Assembly: GCA_964408115.1 (NCBI GenBank)
Contig: CAYOYE010000001.1
Span: 1 to 26,267 of the forward strand
Reading direction: 5' to 3'
Length of the DNA stretch: 26,267 bases
DNA from: an uncultured Azospirillaceae bacterium
GTDB taxonomy: Bacteria; Pseudomonadota; Alphaproteobacteria; RF32; CAG-239
The notes under the pieces are model-generated. The model saw only the letters and a program-made list of their open reading frames with translations. It had not been told where the DNA came from and did not search any database. Positions within the stretch are counted from its first letter, which is position 1. Every line of letters begins with the position of its first letter. A program made the position numbers and the translations under genes. This document shows positions 17,716-26,267 of the stretch, one piece after another.

Positions 17716-18957
17716 GTGGCTGAAGAACAAGAAGAAAAAGCTTGGAAATCGTCCTTTAGCGCGGGTGGCAAAACTTATGCCGCCAGCTTGTTCTGGCAGC
17801 CGCTGCTAAATGAAGATAATCCGCTGCCCGAAATTAAAGATGCGGCAGAAAACATCCTTGAAGGTGCGGATTTATACGTTACGCGTAAAGGAAAGTCCTC
17901 ACAGTTCGGTCTTGCCGTTTCGGCACAGGGATTTAGTCGTGGCACACCTTCTGCCGCTGTTTCGTTAGTTTCCGGACTAGGCAACGTAACATCATTTTTA
18001 GGCGTATTTAAGGTTGATACCGGCTGGTGGTATATCTGCTTTAGAAATGACGTTATTTTGTCGGACGGCGATACTTTGTTTGCCAATGAAAAGGATGCTA
18101 AAGATCAGTTCATCTCTATGTTGGCGGTGCCGGATTGGGATATGATGTTCGCACCTGCCGAATGGGGAATAGATGAAACAAATTCTGATGATTTAGCTCC
18201 TATTCTGGAAAAAGGTCTGGTGGCAAAACTGGAAAAAATCAGTGCCAATGACGAAATGATGTTGTTGGTTATTGTCGTTGCCTTTGCCATTATCGGCTGG
18301 TTTGCCTATTCCACCTTGAAAGAAACGTTTTTTGCACCACCGGAAGTTCCGGTAATTGCGCCGGTTGAACAAGTGCCGGAACAAGTTGAATTGCCACCTG
18401 AACCTAAGCCTTGGGAAGAAATGCAGAATCCGGTTGAAGTTTTACGCGGTTGTTATGAGGCCACAAAGAAAGTGGTAGAGGTCATAACCCCAGGGTGGAA
18501 AATAGAGGGCATAACCTGTAATCCGGAAAGCGGAGTTGTTACTTCGTGGAGAAGGGAACTCGGACGTCTTACCTGGATTGAACAGGCGCTTAACATATCC
18601 GGCGTTGATTTTTCTTCACGCGTGTTGAGTGATGACGGTAATACGGTTATGGTAACCTTACCTATTGCTAAAGTTTCCACACTAAATTCTCCGCCGGAGT
18701 TTAGCGTAGCCGACCTGACAAATATAATGAACGACTTAAACCAAACTTTAGGCATTTCATTGACGTACGGACAGACAACCTGGACCTCTCCGCGTGGGGC
18801 TGTATATAATATTATGACTTTTTCGGTGAGTTCCAACAACGATCCGTTGATATGGTCCGAATTTTTAATGAAATTTTCAGGATTATCTGTTAAAGAAATA
18901 ACATACGACATTAATAGTGGCTCTTGGAGCTATAAGGGGGAAATATATGAGTTATAA
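17716..18957 (+). CDS. pilO: Type IVb pilus accessory protein PilO (413 aa)
   Basis: GAGGAG before in-frame GTG 17716; 'YAASLFWQPL' start, single central TM, position after the secretin. Confidence 0.8.
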   Translation: MAEEQEEKAWKSSFSAGGKTYAASLFWQPLLNEDNPLPEIKDAAENILEGADLYVTRKGKSSQFGLAVSAQGFSRGTPSAAVSLVSGLGNVTSFLGVFKVDTGWWYICFRNDVILSDGDTLFANEKDAKDQFISMLAVPDWDMMFAPAEWGIDETNSDDLAPILEKGLVAKLEKISANDEMMLLVIVVAFAIIGWFAYSTLKETFFAPPEVPVIAPVEQVPEQVELPPEPKPWEEMQNPVEVLRGCYEATKKVVEVITPGWKIEGITCNPESGVVTSWRRELGRLTWIEQALNISGVDFSSRVLSDDGNTVMVTLPIAKVSTLNSPPEFSVADLTNIMNDLNQTLGISLTYGQTTWTSPRGAVYNIMTFSVSSNNDPLIWSEFLMKFSGLSVKEITYDINSGSWSYKGEIYEL

Positions 18958-20590
18958 TCTGAAAAATAAAAATGTTGTCATAATTGCTTTTGTTTTTGCT
19001 GTTATGATGACGACAGGTCGCTTGGCTTACACCGAAGATAACGTACCTCCTTCAGGAGATGAGAGTGCTATTGTTGATCCTGCCGGCTCTGATGATATTT
19101 TCGGGCTGGATGACGAAACAACCATACCTGCTGCCGAAGAACAACCGACAGCCAAAGAAGTATCTGACGATAGTACCGAAAATTATACAGACGAGAATCC
19201 GGAAATTCCAACCGAAGTTAAAGAAAATCCGGAAATCGGTGATGTCGTAAACGGCGAAAACAATACCGATAAAACAGCAGAAAAAGACAATACCGCAGAA
19301 GACGATATTTTTGCGGACGATGAGGCTGATGATTTTGACGATTCCGGCTTAACCGATGAAGAAGGCAATGCAGAAGATGCCGAAGCTCCTAAATCGGAAG
19401 AAGCAGACGGAAAAGAAAAAGCAGAAGATAAAACCGAAGATAATATTGAGGCTGCCGAAGCTCCGAAATCCCCTTTTGAAAGTTTCGGTAACACAATTTT
19501 GGCGCGTGTAGATAATGATTTATTTAACCAGATGTCCAGCATTGAAAAACAGACAACTTTGTTAAATTTGGAATTAAAACGTGAGGAAGTACGCGATAGA
19601 ATTGAAGCCCTTAAAGAAAAAAGAGCGCAGGCAAAAGCCGAAAGATTGGCGCGTAAAAAAGAAGAAGAACGAAAAGAACAAGAAGAAGCGCTGAGAAGAA
19701 AGAAAGAACTGCTGTCAGAAGAACAAAAACTAAAAGAGCAGGAAATTCGTCTGGAAAAAGTGAGACAGGAAAAAGTACTCAATGAATATCGTAACGAAAT
19801 GCTGGAAATCAGCCAAAAATGGATAGCAAAAAATACGGAGCTGCTCTCTAAAATAAAAACAATGGAAGATGAGCGCAAAGCCCTTGCAAAAGATTTTGAA
19901 AACAAACTATCGGCCTTAAAGCGTGAAGCCGAAGCCTCAAAACGGAGAGCGCAGTCGGCTGTTGCCAGCGTTCAACGTAAAATAGAGTCATTGAATGCCC
20001 TTGTTGAAGATTTGAAGACTTCGCTAGCCGTTAGTGAAGACCGTTATAGAGCTGCCAAAGCCAATAAAGACGGACAAAATCCTTTTGCAACACAAGATGA
20101 ACTCGGACAGGACGCAGTAGATATGTCCCAAGAATATGCCATTATGGATATTACCGGTAAGGGCAAAGATATTGTTGCCAAAATTGTCAGCAAAGACGGG
20201 ACTACGTTTATAATACACCCGGGGTCTATGTTGAAGGGCGGTGAGGTTGTAACCTCTATTACCGATAACTATGTCGCTTTTGATAACAAAGGATTAAAGA
20301 GCTATCTCTATACCGGCGGTACGGTAATGAAGTATGAACCGCAGGTAACCTTTAACGGCTCCGATAAAACACCGGAAGTAACGGAAAAGCAGATAATAAA
20401 ACCGGATACACGAAATGTACTCGGCGGAGCAAGCACTAATACTGACAGTAGCGAAAATTCGTCAGATAAACAAGAAACGAAAAATAAAAATGATAAACAA
20501 ACCAAAAGCCGGAAAAGCACTTCAAACAGCCATAATGCGCAAAAAGGCGGCGGAGTAGTTTCATTTGGTCAGGGTATGTTTGTAAAATAG
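18947..20590 (+). CDS. pilP: Elongated PilP-like protein: signal peptide, acidic region, coiled coil, PilP domain (547 aa)
   Basis: ATG 18947 after AAGGGGG. Domain ~20132-20310 'IMDITGKGKDIVAKIVSKDG...HPGSMLKGGEVVTSI...VAF' fits the T4b PilP pattern; lies between pilO and pilQ. Confidence 0.65.
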   Translation: MSYNLKNKNVVIIAFVFAVMMTTGRLAYTEDNVPPSGDESAIVDPAGSDDIFGLDDETTIPAAEEQPTAKEVSDDSTENYTDENPEIPTEVKENPEIGDVVNGENNTDKTAEKDNTAEDDIFADDEADDFDDSGLTDEEGNAEDAEAPKSEEADGKEKAEDKTEDNIEAAEAPKSPFESFGNTILARVDNDLFNQMSSIEKQTTLLNLELKREEVRDRIEALKEKRAQAKAERLARKKEEERKEQEEALRRKKELLSEEQKLKEQEIRLEKVRQEKVLNEYRNEMLEISQKWIAKNTELLSKIKTMEDERKALAKDFENKLSALKREAEASKRRAQSAVASVQRKIESLNALVEDLKTSLAVSEDRYRAAKANKDGQNPFATQDELGQDAVDMSQEYAIMDITGKGKDIVAKIVSKDGTTFIIHPGSMLKGGEVVTSITDNYVAFDNKGLKSYLYTGGTVMKYEPQVTFNGSDKTPEVTEKQIIKPDTRNVLGGASTNTDSSENSSDKQETKNKNDKQTKSRKSTSNSHNAQKGGGVVSFGQGMFVK

Positions 20591-20597
20591 TAGTGTG

Positions 20598-22427
20598 ATG
20601 ATGGAAGAAGATAAAAAGCAGATTGAAAAACAGAAAGATACCGAAGCTATAGTAAGAGGAGTACTTCAGTCTGCAGCTTCTTTGCCTAAAGCATTGAAAA
20701 GTGAAAATGCCGAAAATAGCTCGGAAGATATGAATACAGCGGCAAACAGTACAACAAAGACCGCTACCGATGAGCCGCAAGCGGTTTCTGCTCCGGTAGG
20801 TTCTACTCCCGAAAAAGCGGGAAAATCTGATATTGTGGATGATAATCCGGAAGCAGGTAATGTTAATATTTTAAAAACGCTCTTTGCCAATGACAATAAG
20901 CTGTTAACGTCTGTTGACGGTGAACTCAATGTTGATGATGATACGCGCCGTATGCTGGCTCTTTTTTCGGACGGCAGCTATATTATAGATGAATCGCACC
21001 GCTTTGACGGTAAAGTGCTAAACTTTACAACAAATATGCGCCGCCGCAAAGTCCAGATAAATGCCCCGAAGTATGTTTCCGCTTCGGTTATCACCGCTAT
21101 TTATGCTTATGCCGATCGTGGTACCGGTAAAATTAACGTTTCGGCAGAAGAAGCCGCCGATTACCAGATGCAAATTGACTTTTTGCGGGTAATCAATCGG
21201 GCTGCCGCCAAAAAAGTATCTGATGTGCATGTAGTTGTGGCTGATTCTACTTTAGTGCTTTTCCGCATAAGCGGTATGATGGAGCGCGAACTGGAATATC
21301 CGAAAGAATGGGGCGAATCGTTTGTGCGTGCCGCATTTGCTTCGGCAGATATTTCCGATGCAAACTATGCCCAAAATGAGTTTCAGGGCGCACAAAAGCT
21401 AGGTTCTACGCCGTTGCGCGGTACTAATGGAAAATTAAAATTACCGCATAACGTTTTGGCTATTCGTTTGCAATTCAACCCCGTTGCTTTCGGTTCGCAA
21501 TATTTGGTTATGCGTCTGCTGTACGCTGATGATAACCCTAACGGAAACGGTGATTTACGCTCGCTTGGTTTAGGCGAACGGGAGCTTGATTTGTTTTACC
21601 GCCTGCGTGCCACCGCCGTAGGTTTGAATATTATTGCCGGTCCGACAGGCTCGGGAAAATCAACAACTTTACAACGTAATTTGATAAGGCTTATTCAAGA
21701 GAGAAAAGGCGAAATTAACGTAATTACGGTGGAAGACCCGCCGGAGTACCCTATTCCGGGGGCAAGACAGATGCCTGTAACCAATGCAAACTCGGAAGAA
21801 GAAAAAGACGAGGAATTTACTAAAGCCTTATCGGCAGCTTTGCGTTCCGATCCGGATGTGATGATGGTCGGTGAAATTCGTTCGCTTTCTGCCGCCAGCC
21901 TTGTGTTTAAGGGCGCATTGTCCGGACACAGTGTGTGGTCAACATTACACGCCAACTCGGCGCCGGCAATTGTAACACGTTTGCGCGATATGGGAGTACA
22001 ACCGTATATGTTGAGTGATCCGGAAATTATGAAAGGCTTAATATCTCAACGTTTGTTCAGAAAAATCTGCCCGTACTGTCGGGTATCCGTAAAAGAGAGA
22101 ATGTCGGATCCGTCATTTGCCCGTCTGAAAACGGCATTAGGTGATTATGGCGTAGAAAACACTTATTTACGCGGTCCAGGGTGTAAATTTTGCAACCATA
22201 AGGGCGTTATAGGACGTATGTCAGTGCCGGAAATAATTATTCCTGACGCTCACTTCCTGCAGCTAATCGTCAGCGGAGATACAAAGAATGCCATTGATTA
22301 CTGGGTCAGCGATTTAGACGGACGTCCATTGCGTGAGGCGGCTATTGAACGAATGTTAAAAGGTTATATTGATTTGGATGAAGTAGAACGGTGGTGCGGA
22401 TTGTTAGACCAGCGACCGATTTATTAA
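20598..22427 (+). CDS. pilQ: Type IVb pilus assembly ATPase PilQ, GspE/PulE family (~609 aa)
   Basis: Walker A GPTGSGKST, Asp box TVEDPPE, Walker B LRSDPDVMMVGEIR, His box STLHAN, Zn ligands CPYC/CKFC. Exact start (20595/20598/20601) is uncertain. Confidence 0.93.
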   Translation: MMEEDKKQIEKQKDTEAIVRGVLQSAASLPKALKSENAENSSEDMNTAANSTTKTATDEPQAVSAPVGSTPEKAGKSDIVDDNPEAGNVNILKTLFANDNKLLTSVDGELNVDDDTRRMLALFSDGSYIIDESHRFDGKVLNFTTNMRRRKVQINAPKYVSASVITAIYAYADRGTGKINVSAEEAADYQMQIDFLRVINRAAAKKVSDVHVVVADSTLVLFRISGMMERELEYPKEWGESFVRAAFASADISDANYAQNEFQGAQKLGSTPLRGTNGKLKLPHNVLAIRLQFNPVAFGSQYLVMRLLYADDNPNGNGDLRSLGLGERELDLFYRLRATAVGLNIIAGPTGSGKSTTLQRNLIRLIQERKGEINVITVEDPPEYPIPGARQMPVTNANSEEEKDEEFTKALSAALRSDPDVMMVGEIRSLSAASLVFKGALSGHSVWSTLHANSAPAIVTRLRDMGVQPYMLSDPEIMKGLISQRLFRKICPYCRVSVKERMSDPSFARLKTALGDYGVENTYLRGPGCKFCNHKGVIGRMSVPEIIIPDAHFLQLIVSGDTKNAIDYWVSDLDGRPLREAAIERMLKGYIDLDEVERWCGLLDQRPIY

Positions 22428-22437
22428 GGAGGATTAA

Positions 22438-23556
22438 ATGCCTGAAGTAAAAAAGACAAGTGCCTATAACAGGGCTATGCGCAATAACAATGAATGGGTT
22501 GTTACATACGCCAAAATTATGTGTTCTATCTCCAACAAAGGAAGATTAAAAATATATCGTAAACTGGCGGCCTTATTGCGCAACCGATTTTCTTTGATGA
22601 ATTCGCTGGAAATGATTTATAACGGCTTGTCTGATGAGGGGAGACACCCAAATTCTCCGTTAGCTGTGGCAATTTGTGCATGGGGACGCTCACTGCAGGA
22701 AGGTCATCCGTTTTCCGATTGTCTAAAAGGTTGGGCCCCAAACCGCGAACGACTAATGCTTTCGGTTGGTGATGTATCGGACTTGGAAGATGCTTTGCTA
22801 AACCTTATTAAAGTGTCGGAAGGTTCTACACGAATGATTCGTCCGATTATCAGCGCCGTAACCTACCCGTCTTTCCTGCTTATGATGTCAGTACTTATTA
22901 TGTACGCTATCGGTGTTTATATGGTGCCGCCAATGTTAAGTGCCGCCCCTAATACCATCTGGACGGGTACTGCCAAAACCTTAATTAACCTTTCGGAATG
23001 GATACAGGTCAACTGGTTGACGGCATTTATGATTTTTCCGGTTATTGCTACAATAATCTATGTTACTATCGGCTACTGGACCGGTCCTATACGGGTTAAA
23101 TTTGACCGTTTTCCACCATGGTCATTATATAAAATCTTTACCGGTATCACCTGGTTGTTGGCCCTTTCTGCCTTAATTAAGGGCGGTGTGCCGGTTTCGG
23201 TTGCCTTATCTTCACTGCGACGGGATTCCAGTCGTTATCTTAAAGAACGGATTGACGGAGCATTATTCCACATTAAAAACGGTGAAAACCTCGGACAATC
23301 TTTAGATAAGGCCGGACACGAATTTCCGGATAAAATGATTATTGCCGATTTGAAGATTTATTCGGAATTGGATAACTTTGAAGAAGCTCTGGATAAACTG
23401 GCTAACGAATGGTTGGAAGAATCCGTATATATGATTGAACAAAGAGCCGAAATTTTGAATATGGTGGCAATGCTCGCCGTATCTGGTATTATTGCCTGGG
23501 CCGTATTCGGAACGTTTGATATGCAAGATCAAATCACCAGCTCTATGGGTAAATAG
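22438..23556 (+). CDS. pilR: Type IVb pilus inner-membrane platform PilR, GspF family (372 aa)
   Basis: AAGGAGG RBS; two GspF-like helical repeats and three TM segments; follows the ATPase. Confidence 0.9.
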   Translation: MPEVKKTSAYNRAMRNNNEWVVTYAKIMCSISNKGRLKIYRKLAALLRNRFSLMNSLEMIYNGLSDEGRHPNSPLAVAICAWGRSLQEGHPFSDCLKGWAPNRERLMLSVGDVSDLEDALLNLIKVSEGSTRMIRPIISAVTYPSFLLMMSVLIMYAIGVYMVPPMLSAAPNTIWTGTAKTLINLSEWIQVNWLTAFMIFPVIATIIYVTIGYWTGPIRVKFDRFPPWSLYKIFTGITWLLALSALIKGGVPVSVALSSLRRDSSRYLKERIDGALFHIKNGENLGQSLDKAGHEFPDKMIIADLKIYSELDNFEEALDKLANEWLEESVYMIEQRAEILNMVAMLAVSGIIAWAVFGTFDMQDQITSSMGK

Positions 23557-23566
23557 AGGTGCTAAA

Positions 23567-24109
23567 ATGGCTGTAAATAGTTTGCATAAATACCATTTAA
23601 ACGGAGTTGCCGGACTGGTCGTTCTGGTTATAATGATTGCAATTTGCGCCGGATTGGGTATTGTTTCGGCATTTAATCCGCATAAAGATTTGCATAATCA
23701 GATATTAATTACGGCGGCAAAAGTACATAATTATTATCGCGACAAACCCGGATATTGGAAGTTATCAACCCAGAGTGCAAAAGATGACGGACTAATTTCA
23801 GCAGAGTTGTCCGGCTATCGGGATTATGACATTCAGATAGGTCAAGGTGTAAACGGGGAAAGCGGATTGCCGGCAAATCAAACTTTTGATATTACGATAA
23901 AAAACCTGAGTAAATCGGCTTGTATAAGTTTGAGCGAGTTGGAAATATCTAAAGATAATCAGTTGACTTTACAAAAGATAACCGTTTTCAATGATACCGG
24001 TACAATGGAGTTTGCTTGGGACGGGGAGCATAAACTACCGATAGCAAAGTATGCAACACGCAACTTCTGTCAACCGCAAAACAACGTTATAATGTGGACA
24101 TTTGATTAA
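23567..24109 (+). CDS. PilS-like type IVb pilin with a non-canonical leader (180 aa)
   Basis: GAGGTG before ATG 23567; N-terminal hydrophobic helix, 'VHNYY...GYWKL', 'FDITIKNLSKSAC' and a terminal Cys pair as in PilS-type pilins; no Glu at +5. Confidence 0.7.
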   Translation: MAVNSLHKYHLNGVAGLVVLVIMIAICAGLGIVSAFNPHKDLHNQILITAAKVHNYYRDKPGYWKLSTQSAKDDGLISAELSGYRDYDIQIGQGVNGESGLPANQTFDITIKNLSKSACISLSELEISKDNQLTLQKITVFNDTGTMEFAWDGEHKLPIAKYATRNFCQPQNNVIMWTFD

Positions 24110-24112
24110 GCT

Positions 24113-24138
24113 AAACCGCCTGCTTTAACAGGCGGTTT
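24113..24138. terminator. Intrinsic terminator between convergent genes, likely bidirectional
   Basis: AAACCGCCTG-CTTTAA-CAGGCGGTTT, a perfect 10-bp stem followed by ATTTTT on the plus strand, between stops at 24109 and 24147. Confidence 0.88.
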
Positions 24139-24146
24139 ATTTTTCG

Positions 24147-25118
24147 TTACTCGTCTTTTTGTACTTTATCCCACAATGGAACGCCAAGGCGTATACGGGT
24201 CATCTGCATTTCTATTGTTGTAGCCAAATTTGTTTTACCGCTTTTGATAATGGTACGGGTCTGGTCGCCCTGTGTTGTATCCGGATTAGCAAAAACATAT
24301 TGTACTTTCGGATATTTTTGTCCGACACCCACCAACGTCTGATGAATAACCCCCAAAATACCTCGCGACAATAAGTCGTATGCAAGATCTTCGCTCATAT
24401 CACTACCGGAAGCATGCTTAATCAACGCATCAATGGCATCCGAAACGTTGTTGGCGTGAATTGTAGATAAAACCAAGTGGCCCGAAGTTGCTGCTCGCAA
24501 GCACTCACTGGCTGCGGCAGGTGTGCGAATCTCTCCTACCAAAATATAACGCGGTCTTGACCGCAGAGCCGAACGCAGAGCCGCACCCCAGTCATCGTTG
24601 CGCGGTTGCGTTTGTTTACACAAACCTAAAGAACCGTTATTAGCTTTGTATTCACCGTCAAGCGGCATTTCAAACGGGTCTTCAATAGTATAAGCAAACC
24701 CGCCGTTTTCAATCAGATATTCTTGCAGCAAACTGGAAATAGTTGTTGTTTTACCCGATCCGGTAGCTCCGCCGATAAGAATCAGCCCCGAGGCCCAACC
24801 TAAAGTTGCTAAATACTTTGTCAACTCCGGCGGATATCCTAAACAGCTCAAATCAGGCACTTTTTTCGGCATTTTACGCATACAGTAAGTGATTCCGTAC
24901 ATGGTTACAGAACGCTCTACGCGGAAAAAATATCCCTCATAAATGATAGAATAGCTGGAATTACCCTGATATGTTTTTTCCAATAACTCAAAAAAATCTT
25001 GAAAGTCTTCCGGACATATTTGCTTTAATCCGTCCTCAGTTCGGCGGTCCGGCACAAATACAGATTTTGACGGGGTGATATAAATATCTGAATAAAATTC
25101 ATCATTAATTCTAGCCAT
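24147..25118 (-). CDS. pilT: PilT/BfpF-like pilus retraction ATPase (323 aa)
   Basis: AAGGAG before ATG 25118; GATGSGKTT, TIEDPFE, LRSRPRYILVGEIR, GHLVLSTIHAN; no Zn motif and no long N-domain, unlike PilQ. The symbol refers to the retraction ATPase, not the R64 transglycosylase PilT. Confidence 0.8.
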   Translation of the reverse strand: MARINDEFYSDIYITPSKSVFVPDRRTEDGLKQICPEDFQDFFELLEKTYQGNSSYSIIYEGYFFRVERSVTMYGITYCMRKMPKKVPDLSCLGYPPELTKYLATLGWASGLILIGGATGSGKTTTISSLLQEYLIENGGFAYTIEDPFEMPLDGEYKANNGSLGLCKQTQPRNDDWGAALRSALRSRPRYILVGEIRTPAAASECLRAATSGHLVLSTIHANNVSDAIDALIKHASGSDMSEDLAYDLLSRGILGVIHQTLVGVGQKYPKVQYVFANPDTTQGDQTRTIIKSGKTNLATTIEMQMTRIRLGVPLWDKVQKDE

Positions 25119-25174
25119 TTTTCTCTCCTTGATGTAAACTATTAGTAGCAATAATAATGCGAATTTATTAATTT

Positions 25175-26267
25175 CTACTTAATATTTTCCGGATTTAAAC
25201 CGTATAATTGAGGCAGAACAAAACGACCGTCTTTGCGGATAAGGACATTATCAAACCAAATTTCACCGCCTCCGTTTTCCTGATTTTGAATTTTCACCAA
25301 ATCCCAATGAATAGCGGAAACATTACCGTTGTTTGTTTCATCTTCGTATGAATTACCAATGGCCATATGAAATGAACCGCAGGTCTTTTCATCAAACAAT
25401 ATATCTAAAATCGGGTGGGTAATATACGGGTTTACACCTAAAGCAAACTCGCCGATATACCGACTTCCGGCATCTATATCCAATATTTTTTGAAATTTAT
25501 CGTTATTTACCGTTGAAGTACCGTTGACAATTTTTCCGTTTACAAATTCCAAACGGATATTAGAAAAAAACGTACCGTCATACATGGTATCGGTATTAAA
25601 CTGCACATAACCGTTAACGGAATCTTTAACCGGAGCGGTATATACCTCTCCGTCCGGAATATTCATTTTGCCGTCACATATAATTGACTTTTGACCTTTA
25701 AGCGAAAACCGTAACTCGGTATCCTCACCTTTAATCACAACATTTTCCGTTTTATCCATTAATTCTTTTAGAGGCAACATAGCCTGTCCCATTTTCCGAT
25801 AATCCAAAAGGCAGGCATTAAAATAAAAATCTTCAAAACCTTGCGTTGACATACGCGACATTGCCGCCATTGTATTGTTCGGGTAGCGCATAACACACCA
25901 TCTGGTTTTCGGCAAACGTGTCCGCATGTGGACCTGCTCGTTAAAGATTCGGCTAAACCGTTCATTATCCGCGCTTTTTATATCGGAAAGAGCAAATACA
26001 TCATCATGACCGCGAATAGCCACATAACAATCAACCTGCTCCATCAAATATTTATGCAGTTTTGTATACCCCTCTATTTGTGCATCATCAGCACCTTCTA
26101 TCAGGCTTTTTTCAAAAGAATTGTCGTTATAAAAATAAAACGGCACAGCCCCTATTTTGACGGCTTGTTTGATAAATTCGTTTAACAAATCTTTCGTACT
26201 TGCGCTAAACGCCTCAATATAAATTTTTTCGTTTTTGCGTAATCCGATAGAATTTTTTAGCACATTT
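25175..26267 (-). CDS. M29-family aminopeptidase (AmpS/PepS/aminopeptidase T type), 5' end outside the window
   Basis: NIPDGEVYTAP, GEFALGVN, LFDEK, HMAIG and SAIHWDLV motifs; the frame stays open to the window edge. Confidence 0.92.
   Translation of the reverse strand, partial: NVLKNSIGLRKNEKIYIEAFSASTKDLLNEFIKQAVKIGAVPFYFYNDNSFEKSLIEGADDAQIEGYTKLHKYLMEQVDCYVAIRGHDDVFALSDIKSADNERFSRIFNEQVHMRTRLPKTRWCVMRYPNNTMAAMSRMSTQGFEDFYFNACLLDYRKMGQAMLPLKELMDKTENVVIKGEDTELRFSLKGQKSIICDGKMNIPDGEVYTAPVKDSVNGYVQFNTDTMYDGTFFSNIRLEFVNGKIVNGTSTVNNDKFQKILDIDAGSRYIGEFALGVNPYITHPILDILFDEKTCGSFHMAIGNSYEDETNNGNVSAIHWDLVKIQNQENGGGEIWFDNVLIRKDGRFVLPQLYGLNPENIK

Noticed and set aside
19379-19470. 17-nt near-identical direct repeat (AEAPKS twice)
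   Set aside because: Short intragenic duplication in a low-complexity linker; two copies only, not a CRISPR or recombination site.
19183-19905. 240-aa minus-strand ORF
   Set aside because: Antisense shadow of the E/K-rich coiled-coil region (S/F/L-rich translation), with no RBS. The other short overlapping ORFs in the track were rejected for the same reason.
24110-24146. Shufflon or invertible pilV cassette after the pilin
   Set aside because: No pilV, no recombinase and no repeated sfx-like sites; the only inverted repeat is the terminator.
26261-26263. GTG start of the aminopeptidase given by the ORF track
   Set aside because: The frame continues (AAT) to the window edge and M29 enzymes have about 10 more N-terminal residues; the gene is truncated by the window.

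Overview
A ~26 kb bacterial window, probably chromosomal and probably alphaproteobacterial (inferred from a CtrA-type box). Two envelope machines are transcribed back-to-back from one 373-bp AT-rich intergenic region. Leftward (minus strand, 13305->32) is a VirB-type type IV secretion operon: three tandem VirB2/TrbC pilins, an unknown secreted protein, virB3, virB4, five signal-peptide proteins of unknown function (230, 440, 246, 406 and 1345 aa) where virB5/6/7 normally sit, then virB8. Rightward (plus strand, 13679->24109) is an R64/Bfp/Tcp-like type IVb pilus operon: a protein with an OmpA-like C-terminus, a TcpQ-domain lipoprotein, PilN secretin, PilO, elongated PilP, PilQ ATPase, PilR and an atypical PilS-like pilin. 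A convergent PilT-like ATPase and a 5'-truncated M29 aminopeptidase close the window. No relaxase, coupling protein, integrase, IS, shufflon, RNA gene or CRISPR array was seen. The best candidate for an undescribed system is this apparently domesticated T4SS/T4b-pilus locus with an expanded, cysteine-rich set of putative VirB5-like tip proteins. All family calls come from motif recognition by eye; no searches were run. Several starts were moved from the ORF track to ones with a ribosome-binding site.
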